Part shown: piece by piece, positions 50,555 to 63,521 of the stretch
Layout of the letters: each line of letters begins with the position of its first letter
Position numbering within the stretch: position 1 is the stretch's first letter
NCBI GenBank assembly: GCA_965649765.1
Contig: OZ287754.1
Location: 35,898,001 to 35,962,000, forward strand
Reading direction: 5' to 3'
DNA: 64,000 nucleotides
From: Bispira polyomma
Taxonomy: Eukaryota
The notes under the pieces: generated by a model
Database searches by the model: none
What the model was told of the DNA's origin: nothing
The model's input: the letters and a program-made list of their open reading frames with translations, nothing else
Position numbers and translations under genes: made by a program

Positions 50555-52050
50555 GAAAAATTTTTGGTTCACACACAATCCTTTTTATAAGAGTAATTTA
50601 AAATTGTATGAAATACAAAGACAAACGCAAGCATACCATGCCATCTCCTAAAACCTGAGGCTAAAAAGCTAACAATAACAGTAACATGGTACACATTAAT
50701 GAAATGGCATTTTAATACTATTATTGATATTCCCTGGTATATTATACATTCTTAAGGCTTTAGCAACACTTAATTTCTACTTATTAAAGTTTTGAATGCC
50801 ATTTGTATATAATTAGGGCTATACTGTCTATATCCACCTCTGTGTTTGTGAAAATTCTGAAAAAGTGCCATTAAGAAATGTATTAAGACCCATCCTTTAA
50901 AAAAAGTATTGTTAGGCTCATTTATGTGAACAAAACACCAGTATTCATCTTAGCTGCCAACTGAGGGTAATGTTATAATAATATTGCAAAATATGACAAA
51001 GGTAGATTAATTAAAGTTTAGTCTTAAAATGTGCCTTAGTCTACAAGATATATAAAGTATTGTACACATAAAATTCATTAAATGTACCTCTTTCTCTCAT
51101 ATCTTTATTCATAATTTTCAGTCAAATATTCTCAGAAAATCAATGGCATGTAAATATAGAAAGTGATGGGCGAAAAAAAGGAAATTAAGAAAAGTGGTCC
51201 TAATAATACAATAACAGGTGCCTGGACGATATTTACAGTTTTAAAAGAAGTTGAAGCTAAAAATTATTGAGATACTAAAAGCCATTACAATACATTTCAA
51301 AACATAATATAACACAAAATGTAAAAGTGTTAATATATTAGTGTAAATGATGCAAAACCATTTCGTCAAGATTTGTATAAAAAGATACAGTGCAGAAATC
51401 TTCCAGAATATATGATATGTCTTTGTGACATCAATAGATGCAATTTCTACATGGATAATATCATTGAGCCACCTGCCAATCTATAGCATGCACAAATGTA
51501 CAGTATTTATTCCTCAACACCATTTGGGTATTAAATTAATAACAAAGTGTTATTGTTATAATTACACAACATGCCAGTCCAAGGTAATGGGAATGGCAGT
51601 ATCTACTGCAGGTTGGTTGTACCCGTGCAGTCAAGAATAGGTAGAAACCCTGCAATACGTGTACACAAAACCCACAGGTTTCAGGAGTTAATGTTTGCTG
51701 TTGACCATTGTCTTTAACTTTAAGTATCATACCTGTAGTTGCCCTCAGACAACTTTGACACTCAAATTTAAAAAGAATAATTGAATATTAACTAGATGCA
51801 TTGAAATGTAAATCTTAAATCTGAAGCGATTTTTGTCGGTGTCCAACAAAGGAGTAAGCGATAGCATGAAATGTATTGAAGGTTTTAAACATAAATTCCA
51901 TCAATGCTTTAATGGTTTAGCCAGACTGGTCGTAGATCAAGTTTAAAGTGATATTTCATGGACTAGAGAACGGCCTCCCGTTCATCATGTGGATTGGCCT
52001 ATAGTATTCCGAGGAGTGCCATCTATGATATCACATCTAATGCTTTTTAC

Positions 52051-52854
52051 TTATTGTTGACATACCACCAACACAGCCAGGAAGTATATACAACTGATTA
52101 AAATTCCTTTTTTATTTTGTAAACAAATTTCAACTGTAATACATTCCATTATGCCTTCAATTACATACGTCATATCATTACAAACTTTATATGATAAAGA
52201 ATTTGCAACATAAAGTGAAACACCTCCACCTCTTTTGTTATCTCTCACCTGATGATTAACTTCATAACCTTTTATTTGATATTTTTGTCGTTCATTACTT
52301 TTCATCCAGTTTTCAGACACTCCTATTACATCAAATTTGTGTTTACAATTAAGGATATACAACTCTATTTTTTCAAAGTTTTTATTTAGACTTCTAGCAT
52401 TAAAGTGTATTATAGAGAGACCCTTGTCTATAATAATTACATCCACTTCATCCTCTGTTACATAATCACAATTTACATTAACATTTTTATAGAAACAGTT
52501 GTCTGGATCAATCTCTTTTGAAAAATCACTGTATTTAAACTCAGTGTAGTTAAACATTGACGAGTTTTTGCTATGACATTCCCTATATACATTACTCACA
52601 TCAACATTTACATAATCTGAAAAACAATTTATAAATATAAATTCATCATCTTCCACATCATTATATGGGAATAATACAATGCAAGGTGCACAAAGCCAAT
52701 GTCTGTTATCTTTACTAAATTCTCTTAATTGTTTTTTATTTAATTTAGCACATTTTCTATGTACCCGGAGGTTACAGATTGAGCATTGTATTGCATCCCA
52801 ATTTACATTTTGTGTACATATGCTGCATGGAAAAAAAGCATTTACCTGAGGCAT
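52051..52854 (-). pseudogene. CR1-type LINE ORF2 N-terminus: PHD finger + APE endonuclease, 3'-truncated
   Basis: CSIC..IQCSIC..VHRKC..WLCAPC; HFNARSL, IGVSENW, RGGGVSLY; homology ends after ISCIY. Confidence 0.85.
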
Positions 52855-52973
52855 TTAAGGAAATAATTATACAACATAAATTGCAAACCATTTGTATAGT
52901 TGCATTAATTTGGCTATTTAACGAGGTAGGATAACATAAATCTAGACTAGTTAATGAGGTAGGAAACATAAAT

Positions 52974-53813
52974 CTAGACTAGATTTAACCTCCGGAATTC
53001 ACTCATGTCTCTAATCAAGAGTATTTTTGAAACCTCTGGAGCACCATTTGTCTTTACAAATATTTTTCCATTTCGGGTCCAGGTACTAGATATTCTCTTC
53101 TGTCTTTTCAGGTCTCTTCCATGTTTAGCCAGTTCTCCATTCCGTTTGGTTAAATGTTCATTTATAAAAACTTGTGTGCCCTTTAAGTATTTTGCTTTCT
53201 GTAAAATAATTGTTTTTGTTTTCCTGTTGACTACACGCATGATAATGTTATTCTTATCCTTCTTGTCCATCTTTCCCTTCAGCACATGACAGGCCACAAC
53301 TTCAGTTGGAACTATGTTAATTTGCAATTTTTCATTCAAGAAATCAAGCACTTGGGTTTCAAGTGACTCCAACTCTTCCTCTGTGTCGCCAGTCGACCCA
53401 TCATGGCTATCAGAGCTGGCCCTGGCATAAGACTTATACCTGCATTCTAGCCCTGTGATAATCAGATTATCATTTCTGCTATGTTGTTCTAAATCATCAA
53501 CCCTAATTTCTAGATCTTTAATTTTCTCATCCTTGACTTTATTATCCTGCTGTAGTTTATCGATGACCTGTAATGCCCGTGACACATCAGTTTTTATCTG
53601 GTTTAGGATATCTAGCTGGCCACTCATAAAGTTTAGGGATTCTTTGATATCAGTAATATCACTATAGATATCTTTGTCTTGACTGGTGGAGTTGGTATTA
53701 CCCTTCTTGCTTCTGCAGCTCATTTTATTGAAATGAAGTATAATTATAGGTGTGACTAGGTGATTTAAGATTGGCAGATTCTCCGAAACTCCCGCTCTGT
53801 TTATTTTTAGCAC
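52974..53813 (-). CDS. CR1/L2-type LINE ORF1 (coiled coil + RRM-like + C-terminal domain)
   Basis: LEQHSRNDNLIITGL, VFINEHLT, TWTRNGKIFVK; probable start at MSCRSK (53723). Confidence 0.85.
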   Translation of the reverse strand: MLKINRAGVSENLPILNHLVTPIIILHFNKMSCRSKKGNTNSTSQDKDIYSDITDIKESLNFMSGQLDILNQIKTDVSRALQVIDKLQQDNKVKDEKIKDLEIRVDDLEQHSRNDNLIITGLECRYKSYARASSDSHDGSTGDTEEELESLETQVLDFLNEKLQINIVPTEVVACHVLKGKMDKKDKNNIIMRVVNRKTKTIILQKAKYLKGTQVFINEHLTKRNGELAKHGRDLKRQKRISSTWTRNGKIFVKTNGAPEVSKILLIRDMSEFRRLNLV

Positions 53814-54038
53814 ATGTGTACAGCAATGTACATGTGGGTGATAATGGGGGATATTGAGTTTTCACCTTAAAATTGAAAAGCATCAAACAGCAGAAATGTC
53901 CGAAAATATCACACCGAATACACAATATATAAATGCAGTAACAGTTTTTAACTTCCACTCCAAGAACCAAGTAAAGCGATCACAATTCAATTCTTGAACA
54001 GATAATACGTCCTTGCCGCTAACGGTACATACTAAAAA

Positions 54039-54230
54039 GATCAACCTGGGTGGCTTTCCCGATTGTTAGGATCAACCTGGGTGGCTTTTCCGATTGTTAG
54101 GATCAACCTGGGTGGCTTTCCCGATTGTTAGGATCAACCTTGGTGGCTTTCCTGATTGTTAGGATCAACCTGGGTGGCCTAAGTGGCTTTTACGATTGTT
54201 AATATCAACCTGGGTGGCTTCCCCGATTGT
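54039..54230. repeat. 31-bp minisatellite GATCAACCTGGGTGGCTTTCCCGATTGTTAG, about 6 copies
   Basis: Period 31 (54039, 54070...). Confidence 0.92.
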
Positions 54231-55170
54231 AAAGATTGCTCTTTGAGATAAAATTCAACTGTCTGGAACATGGAAAAAACTGACCTTTTATACCCAAAAG
54301 CCTAGACAAACAGAGTGTCCCCTAGACCGATCTTTATGATCGAGGAGGTTACCCAGACTGATCTGTACAGCCGAAGATGTCATTATCTGGAGCATTTTTA
54401 AAAATATAAGGTATTTCCTGTCACGGCAGGTGGTCCAGAGGTGGTCCAGTAGGGTGCCACCAAGATCGTAAAAATCAGGGCTGTTCCAGATCATCTTTTA
54501 ACCAAAACAAAGTGTGGGTGTCATATTTTGTAAAAGATGTATGAAATCAAACTTGGGTTAAGTAGATTTCAGCGAATTGTAGAGTTACACACCAAGTATA
54601 AGACACTACCATGTTTTCTACATAACAATAATTTACAAAAAGTCAGAATATTCTGCCACGCAAATTGACCAAATAATTGTGAAAACACATGGGCATTCCA
54701 CAAAAGTATCCAGTGGTATTTCGGCTTTGTTTCAGATAGGTCGACGTTCGGAGCTTTTGAGATGATTTTCATCATGGCTTTCATCTTGTTATTCTTCTCC
54801 CATTGATCTTTATATAAACTAAGTCGTGGATAATTGGTATCTGTGTTATTTTATTGTAGCAGTTGTGGTATAAACATTACAACTTCAGTTTTAAGTATTA
54901 GATCTGGTTTCCACTTTTATATTTATAAGAAAACGACAGCTTGTTTGAAGCTCTTATAATGTTCCAGCTTGCTGTTAATGTGTCACATTTCGAATATACA
55001 ACTAGGTCACTAGATTATGTTTCAATAAGTATTGAGGAATTAATGAGAAATGTGATGCTTTTTCTATTTTTCATATTCCAAATAACTTAACCAATTGTAT
55101 TTTCTCTTTAGTCAGCACAGCCACAATAAAGAAAAACCTATATATAAATAATTATTTCCACAATAAATAC

Positions 55171-55332
55171 CTTGAATTCCCATAGGTCATTAGGAGGTCA
55201 TCTGCCTTTCACCTTGAAGTAATACAAAGCTTGGTCAAATAGTTCTTTGTCTGACTTTTGTAGCTTGGAACTAGCAATATTAACTGCAGTGTTACTTGTA
55301 TGATTGGTAATCAGACATCAGAACCTTCCCGT
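55171..55332 (-). pseudogene. BFAR-like pseudo-exon (end of SAM domain; GKVLMS...VKGR*PPNDLWEFK)
   Basis: tttcag| and AAG|GTATTT; resembles BFAR NGRLLL..GVKPPQNLWEYK as recalled; contains a frameshift and a TGA. Confidence 0.65.
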
Positions 55333-55402
55333 CTGAAACAATCAAAAATAATGTAATATGTGATGATACCATACAAACTATAAGTGCAAGGCTGCACTAA
55401 AT

Positions 55403-57030
55403 GTATTATTATTGATATTATTATGCATTTTAACTTGATTGATACAAGGCATCTTCTAAAATGCAATAGCAGAACCAGTGCTCAAATAGTGTAGTAAATG
55501 GACATAGCAAGGTTGTAAAAAAATGTGGTGGCGTACAGAAGGGAACTACGGTGGGTAGGCAAGGTTAAAAAGATAGGTTTTAAGCTTTTTCCTAAAACCG
55601 ATTAGTATATCTAATGATATGAGGTCGACTGTTCCATGACAAGTGAGCTGCAATGAAAAAAGCTCTAGGTCCAGCCCTCCTGGTGGGTTTAACTGAAGTA
55701 ACAGAGAGTCCATTGCCTCTCTTCGGGTTACCGAAAGAGAGAAGCGAAGTGAGGTAGGAGCCCTGTTGAGTGACTATAGCCTTGAATGTTTTAACGTGAG
55801 GTTTTTTAGGTATAGAGTAAAATCGGTGCCAAAAATCACTCTACATAGGTAGGTTTAAATGTACTGTAGCTTTTTAATCTGTGACTTATTTACAACAAAA
55901 AAGGGAGTTGTAGTAGTTGCACTTGTAAGTAGTCAGGTTGACTAATTACAAGGACATTTGGCACAGTTATAGCAGTGTCTAGAGACAAGAGGTTTCAGAT
56001 TATTTTAATGTCATGAATGTGGTAGTAGCAGGAACAACAAATATTGGCAATATGAGTGTCAAACAAAAAGGCAGAGTCGATAGCGATCCCAACGTTTTTA
56101 GCATTTTTAGAAGCTAGCATATCTTTACCCAGAAGGGAAATGGGACATAAAGATTTAAGAAGCTCACTGTGTTTCTTGTTTTAAATGAGAATGAATTCGG
56201 TTTTGTCTTGATTTAATTTCAATTTGGAGTAGTTTGTCCACTCCTGGACAGAGGACAGACAGTCAGCAAGTAGATCAATACTTTTATGTGCATTTTGAGG
56301 GTTAAGAGATAGATAGACTTGGGTATCGTCTGCATACATGTGGTGTTGTATATTATGGTTATTGATGACAGTGCTGAGGGGATGTGTATATAGAGGTACT
56401 CCAAATGGTAAGTTGAAGAAAGATTATAAGTGATCATCTAATTCAATCTTGTGCTATAAATGTAAGACAAAATCTGACCCAATCAAGGACAGTGCCATTT
56501 AGTCTTGACAGTGTTGCAAAGTAGGTCATGGTCGATGGTGTGGATAGCTGCAGAGACAACTAAAAGGGTTAGGGCCACTGTTTTCTTGCTGTCTAATGTA
56601 AGCTTAATGCAATTACTGTTATTAACCTTTATAGAGGACTTTCTGTGTGGAACTTTCTGTAAGCAGATTGGTGACGATTTTTGATGTTATGTGTGTTGAG
56701 GTGGTCCAAAATTTGTTGTGCTACAGCTTTCTCGATGAGTTTGAAGATAAAGATGAGATTTGACAACAGTCTGTAGTTTTTGAGCTTATTTTTGTCAAGT
56801 CAGGTTTTTTTTAGCAGGCGAGTAACATTGGCAGTTTTAAAACACGTGGAGAAAATACAATCCGAAAGAGCAAAATTTAATATGTTGTTTATGGGTGTGA
56901 CTAGAATGTCCAGGTATTAATTGAGAATAATGGCTGGGACGGGATCTGGTTCACAGGATTTAGTAGGAGATGATTTCATAAGTTTTGGAACATCCTTCTC
57001 AGAAAATCTGTGAAAGTGCAATTCACAGAC
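55403..57030 (-). mobile_element. Decayed L2/CR1-type LINE related to the 29.3-31.5 kb element
   Basis: Shared blocks such as GATGTCATGAATGTGGTA and GCAGTTTTAAAACA.GTGGAGAAAATAC; similar 3' tail; YADDTQ remnant. Confidence 0.8.
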
Positions 57031-57621
57031 CTCTAAGGGGATAACAAAAGTAGCTTTACAACACTCTATATTTGTTGTTGACTAATTTTTGTTCATCAAC
57101 AGGGTTATAAGTGAAGATAGTAGCAGCTGACAGATAAATATTTATTTGTTATAACTTGTCATTTATTTAGTCATTCTAACCCCCAGCCTCATATGCCAAA
57201 GCTATGGCTTGTGACAAAAGAGTGTAAAAGTTTGAACCAGTGTGGAAAAAAACTGTCATTTGTTCGAAAGAGTGATTTAGTGATTGCTAAATTGTAATAC
57301 AATTCGTGCAATTGATTTAAGTTAACATGGAAATTCAATCCTAAAGGAGAAAAACAATCTGTAGTCAAGTGAAAATTGTTCATGCATTCAAGTTTGTCTT
57401 TTCCTTCCAATCCATATAATGTTACATTTAGAAGAATTAATTTTTAATCCGGATAATCTACCAAAAACTTTAAGGTTATTTAAAGCTTTATGTCTCTGTT
57501 ATACATCTCTTTAAAGCCTGAATTCTGAATATAATCCCTCCCTTAACTATACAAAGCCGTAGGTGAACAGTCATCGGGGATATTCTTTGACATAGTGCTA
57601 TATTTCGGTCAAGTTGCTTAC

Positions 57622-57769
57622 TAATTTGTTCTTTGAAGACAGGAACGAAGTCCTTTTTTATCCAGGGACTCAATTCCTCTAGCCAACTGACACATTGTTC
57701 ATTGGACCATTCTCCAACCAGTGTAACTTCTGTCTCATTTCTATGTGGACCCAAAACACGAACAGTTCC
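57622..57769 (-). pseudogene. BFAR-like exon, SAM domain start (VGEWSNEQCVSWLEELSPW..FVPVFKEQI)
   Basis: cacag| and |GTAAGC, 148 bp, phase 0 to 1, compatible with both neighbouring exons; matches W..E.V..WLE.L.PW. Confidence 0.68.
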
Positions 57770-57903
57770 CTGTGGTCCAAGGAAAGTTATTGAAACGATT
57801 AGCTCTTAGAGCATAGCAAGTCCTTAAGCAACACAGTGAAAGAAATTGCGGAAATATTTTATTAGTACTTTTAGTATTGTTAGCTCTACAGGTTTGTTAT
57901 ATA

Positions 57904-60900
57904 CAGTTTCATAGTTTAAGGTTAGGGCATAAGGCCAACTTAAACTCAGCATGAGTTTGAGGTGAACGTACAGTCACCTTAAGTTTGAAAAGAAAGGTTG
58001 ACTTAAGGTCACCTTAAATTTAGAAGTTAAGAAGGCCTAACGCTGGCCTTAAGATGAGTTTAAGAATAGCAACCTGGGTTTGCAAGGTATGGGGATTAAG
58101 GTCATCCTTAAGTGACCATACCTTGAATTAGATTTAGTCTGTAAGTTAAGGGCACCCAGTGGTGGCCCTAACTTGAGTTTAATGCTACTTTACAGCATAC
58201 TATAAAGGTTGCCAAGTGATTTGAAATAGAATATGTAAGAGTACATAATGTGCTGAGATATAAGTTGACCTTATGCCCAAAGGACAGGGGGAATTGTAAA
58301 CTGTCCAGATTTTATTTATTATACATTAATATTTATTTAACAGGTGACCCGTAGATGCTAGACCACCAAACATCAAATCACCTAGGAGTAGGCTGAAGGG
58401 CAGACCTGAAAGAGTCAGCCACCTAAAAACCAGTCAGGGCAGAGTCAGTGATATATCTCCACACACAATCCGACGTCCAGGTGCCATGACGCTGTATGTC
58501 TTGTATGTTTACATTATTGTTAAAAGCAAACGTGGCACCTGAACGCCGGAAAGCATGAAAGGTTAGGTTGAGATGACCACAGCCCAGGAGCTGCAGAACA
58601 TTTTTCAGGTGGGGTTGCACCCTCGTATCCGTCAAGGGGATCCAGGAGCCACCAACCCTATACTGAAAGAGAGGAGCGTTGGAGCCAGAGGGGGTAAGAG
58701 CCAAGGCATTCTTCAAAGCTGCTACAGGACACAGACTGGAGTTTGGCAAAACGGGAATATTTAGCAGTTTAATCTGATTATTAGTCTGCATGGTTTGAGA
58801 CCACTTAATTGACAAAGTAATATAGCCCGGTTTGAAAAGCACATCCCCTCTGGCCAGCTGCTTCAGTGGGGAGAACGCCGCCACAGAGTGGGGACATAAA
58901 TTGGAGAGCCTAAGAAAACTGAAAAAACTAGTGAGGTAAACGGCCTTAAAGATTTGGCCCATATAAGTACTATCACATTTGGCCTTGAACATTGAATCAT
59001 AAGCTCTGGCTGTAGACTCAGCAACGGCAGAATGCAACCTCTTACAAGCTTTGTCTCTAAGCAAGGCATCCAGTGGATGAATTCCTGAAATACAATTCAC
59101 TATATAGACATGTGACAAAACTATATTGTGTGATCAATTTTCAGTAGGGAGTCATCAGTTTGCAACCATTTAACGGAGCCCGCCCATTGAGCCAGCAGAA
59201 ACTCATTATTTCGGGTTTTATCCCAACGGGAGAGGAGATCTGCTATTTTATTTTTAACCCCTAATATGTGTATTACTCTGATATCTATATCAAATCTACT
59301 AGCCCACATGTACATGTTCCTGGTGTATGCAGCCAGAAGAGGGTCTTGTGTGCGCCCAGTTTCTAGAATACTAACTACTGCCTGATTGTCACACTTAAAC
59401 AGGATTCTGCATCCCCTCCAAACCCCCGACCATAGCTTCAATGCCACCAGAATATTTACCATTTCAAGAGAGGCAATATTTTCAGTGGTCATGTGTTCAG
59501 GTATTTGTAATTTGTAAACCTCATTGCCACAGATTCCCCCCCCCCCCCCATCCCAGTCAAACAGGAATCTAGTTCCACTTGGGCATGTGTGGTCTTATGT
59601 GAGAAAAAGGAAACCCCATTAAACTGTTGCATAAAGGTTCTAAACCAGTTGAGATCACGCCCAAAATCCTCAGTGATACGAAACCGAGTTTTACTGTGAT
59701 TATCTCTAAGTAACTGCAACATATGGTTTAGAAAAACCCGAGCATACTTTATGCACTTGGCAACATATAAAAGGGAACCTAGAAGGGACTGAAGTTCTTT
59801 CTTTAGTACAGTACTGTTTATTTTGCCAAATGGCACATTTTTGTCTGATTTCGGCCATTTTCTCACCAGGAATGGAGGTAGTAAACTTTTCCGTGTCTAT
59901 GAGTATTCCTAGGCATATTACCCGGGTACTGGGAGGAACTAATTTTTTCTGACTCACTGTGAGGCCGAGCTCCTGCAAGAGGGCTTGCAATCGTGCATAA
60001 GTATCACCTATCTTACTAGGGAGTGAAACGGTCAAAAAATCGTCTATGTAGTTGTGGACATTATGTCCTTCCGTCTTCATTATGAATCTGACCGCGTCGG
60101 ATAAACGCTGAAATATTGTACTGCCATTCTGGTATCCGAACGGGAGGCATTTATCGACATAGTACTGTTTCCATTTCAGACCTAGTAAATTTATGTCGCC
60201 AGGATCTATGGGTACGTGCCTGAATGCCCTACTCAAGTCCACTTTAAAGATATGACAGCCTTTACCCAACTTAGTGACTTCCCTGGTGACGTCGACAATG
60301 GACGGATATGATAAGATAAATTCAGTTTCAAGATATGAATTAGCAGAAGCACCTGCATTTACTGATTAACCATGCGGCCAACTTAAATCGATTATTACTC
60401 TTCTATTCACAGAACTTGATTTTTCACGCGTCATCATTGGTGAGCAGGGAAGGTTTTTAATAGGGGGGTCCTTAAATGGCCCTAGGATAGCACCAAATTG
60501 ACATTCTTCTTTGAGATATGTATCTACGTGTTCAGGAAAACTTTCGGCAGAACTGTGATTCGGGTTATCTGACTGACTAATATCATCCCTACACACGTCT
60601 AGGGGAAAACCATACTTTATTAGCAGCGGCAGCTGCCAGTCCCAATAGTCAACAAGATACTTTTTCCATTTTTCAGCATGTAGCTGCGAATTTACAGCGA
60701 GTTGTAGGCCTTTGTAATTAGGCCTCCCATCCCCTCTCAGTTTGGCATGCATTTCTAATATATCGAGCCCATGATTTGTCGACCCATTGTCCCAAATTTT
60801 ACATCCCAATGTCGTAAGGGGTGTGAAACCATACTCCACATTGTTTTGCTGTTTCCACTGCATGTGGGTGTCATTTGTTAAAGCCTTTACCAGTAAATCT

Positions 60901-63024
60901 CGCTTATTATGCTTTTGCTTCAACTCCAAAGCATACTTATCAGAAGCGACACTTGAGTCCTCAGTCACCACTGCCACTTTTGTTTTTACCTGGGGGACAT
61001 TATCATGACTTGGAACATTGTCACATTTGATAATTTTTGAAAATTTTCTCTGAGGACCCCTGTGGGACACCATACTGCTATTACTCTCTAGAGCATATTT
61101 ATCAAAAGAGGCAACTGTGTGCTCAGGCACCATTACCGCTTTGGTTTTAACATGAGAAACACTATGAACATTATCATGTTTGGTATTTTTTGGAAAAATT
61201 TTCTGAGGGCCCCTACGGGTCACAATACTCCTACTACTCTCCCCCACCTCCCCATTGCTGTCACCCAACGCAACAATGGTTTGGCTGAGGGGTTGAAACC
61301 TATTGTGCCAACGCGAGTCCTCAGTACTTTTTTGATTCAATTTACAAGCATTGTCTTTATTCTTAGGACTGTCCTTGTTTCCCGACACACAGTTTGTGAC
61401 TTTTAGTTGCGCGGAAGGGACATAGGATGCACAAGTTTTACTAACATTGTTTACACTTCTAAATTTGGGGGAACTCGGCTGTGTACTTTCTTGCTGTTAA
61501 CTTGGACACGAGTTTTCCCCATGCATTCATTTGCCTTTTCACATTCATTTTATTTACAACACGATTCCCATCATACTTGGCTTTATGTCCACATTTTAGC
61601 GCCTGACTATACGAATAGGAAGTCCATGTACCCCTGTTGTATGCAAGCATTTTTTCCCTTGTATTTTTATTGAACATCTGTGAACTCTGAATTGTGAAAA
61701 GTTCTTGCAAATACCTTAATTTTCCCCTTGGCCACTGCACAACTTCAGTGGCCCCTCAGTTTTTTTAATTTTTTCTAGTACAAGCGCTAGTCTTATGGGT
61801 TCCCCCACAAGTTTCACATATGTGTTTGAAATAGGTATTGCCCATTTTGTGGCTGTTAGGAAACTTGCATGACCCATCCTGAAAAAATTTGCAGTTAGCC
61901 GTGGACTGTTTGCTTGCTACATTCGATTTACTGCTACTGCAATTGACATTTGTAGCACCAGTACCAACAATATGTCGCTGGGCATGTGCCCTCCGAAACC
62001 TGTCTAACTTTTCGACATCCGACCATTTCACCTTGTCCATCTCCATATGGGTGAGCACAACGGCATGACATGCTTTGGCAGCTTCCCAAGAGAAGTCCTC
62101 CGCATCTTCCATCAAGTTGGCCATATAATCGAGCATTATTTCACGGATTTCGTTGAACTTTTCTTCCTGAATTATTCGGGTAAAACCACATGCCCACTGG
62201 TTTAAAGACAGATCGTCGTAAGTTGGTCTGGATTTTAAACTGCCTGTTAATACATGATTTTGGGGCCATATTCGGCCACGCGTTTAACTACCACGTCAAC
62301 GCCCCCCCCCTTTGTGATTTCAATTTACCTTGCGGGTTTTCATTCAATTATTTGAGTTCCGCTAGCCTTATTTCTACTTGGCTTTGTATCTGGGTATTTT
62401 TGCGTAGGAAATCGACACCTGGGATTATACTATCCGAGGTTAAAGCTTCGCTACTGACGCTGTTCACAGAACCACTAGAAATACTGGAATTATAACTAGT
62501 ACTAGCCTGAGCTTTGTCCACTGCCAGTGCCGCCTCTGTCTGCTGAACTCGCTGATCCATCCGTTTCATCATTTGTGACATAGATTGTAGTTGCAGTAAG
62601 ATTTGACTAGAAACATTCGCTTCCAAACCTGAATTTATGACTGGAACGGATGGATCCTCAGATGAAACGGCACCAGCAGTTGCTTCAACAGCTACAGCTT
62701 CATTGGTACAAGCAGCCCCCACAGGCCTTTCGTGCTTGTTCTGACACCTAGAACACTTATATACTGGAGACATTATAACATTACAATGTATAAAATAACT
62801 AAAAACTCTAAAACCAATGTAAATTTCCAGACATAAAATCGAGTTTCCCAAGAATTTCCAATATGTCCGCTTTAAACTTGTTGTTCAGTGAACGCTATTG
62901 TTATTATGGCGGGGAATTTAAAGGGGGCTGCTTATATACTATCCGCAATCAATGAAGCGTGACACGCTAGGCTGGTCCCCCAGAACTGAGAGCGCCAATG
63001 CTAGGGCACTGCCTTACACAACTG
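57904..63024 (-). mobile_element. YR retrotransposon family C (gag 62773-61765, pol about 61740-59121, YR 59084-58423), degenerate; ends inferred from CAGTT...AACTG
   Basis: KVDLSRAFR, LPFG, YIDD, LDSC, CDN, ADLLSR; FFSFLRLSN, HAFRRSGAT, HGTW, WRY. Confidence 0.9.
62930..62953 (-). promoter_or_regulatory. Candidate TATA box (TATATAAG) of element C
   Basis: About 160 bp upstream of the gag ATG, inside the 5' end; motif only. Confidence 0.4.
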
Positions 63025-63264
63025 CCCATATTACCTGCAGTGATAAAATAAGAGGACTAATGTAGCTACTTTTGGTGTTGCAACTGTTTAAGTTGGGTTA
63101 TTAATGTAAATCCTACCAGAATACTGGCTAATACCTAATTAAAGTAGTGTTAAACAAAATATTACATGTTAATTATACAAAAGACCCACTGTTTGAAACT
63201 TGCAAAACATTGCAGCACAGTTTAAATTCTAAAGAAAAAGGGTTTACACATTAACAATACTCAC

Positions 63265-63521
63265 CAGTGTTACCAATAAACCAAGTCCAAATGCTCCGAC
63301 CATTTTCTAAATCGAGTGATTTCTCTGAGGATTATTTCTGGGTAGATGTACCAGTTGTTCCAGTAGCCTTATCTCTGCCAAATCCCCTTGGTTTTTGTCC
63401 CATTCCTCTATCCTCGCAAGGTTTTTTTTAAATTAGCAATCTGTGATATTGACTCGATGTCCGCTTGTTTCTGCTAAATTATTTGTTCATATTGACATGA
63501 AAATAAAGACTTCAAGTTGAC
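63265..63521 (-). pseudogene. Upstream BFAR-like pseudo-exon ending in hydrophobic GAFGLGLLVTL
   Basis: ttccag| and CTG|GTGAGT, phase-0 end matches the next exon; stops upstream. Confidence 0.45.

Noticed and set aside
51915-52050. Possible DNA-transposon end flanking the CR1 fragment (with 54245-54500)
   Set aside because: No matching TIR or TSD could be identified by eye
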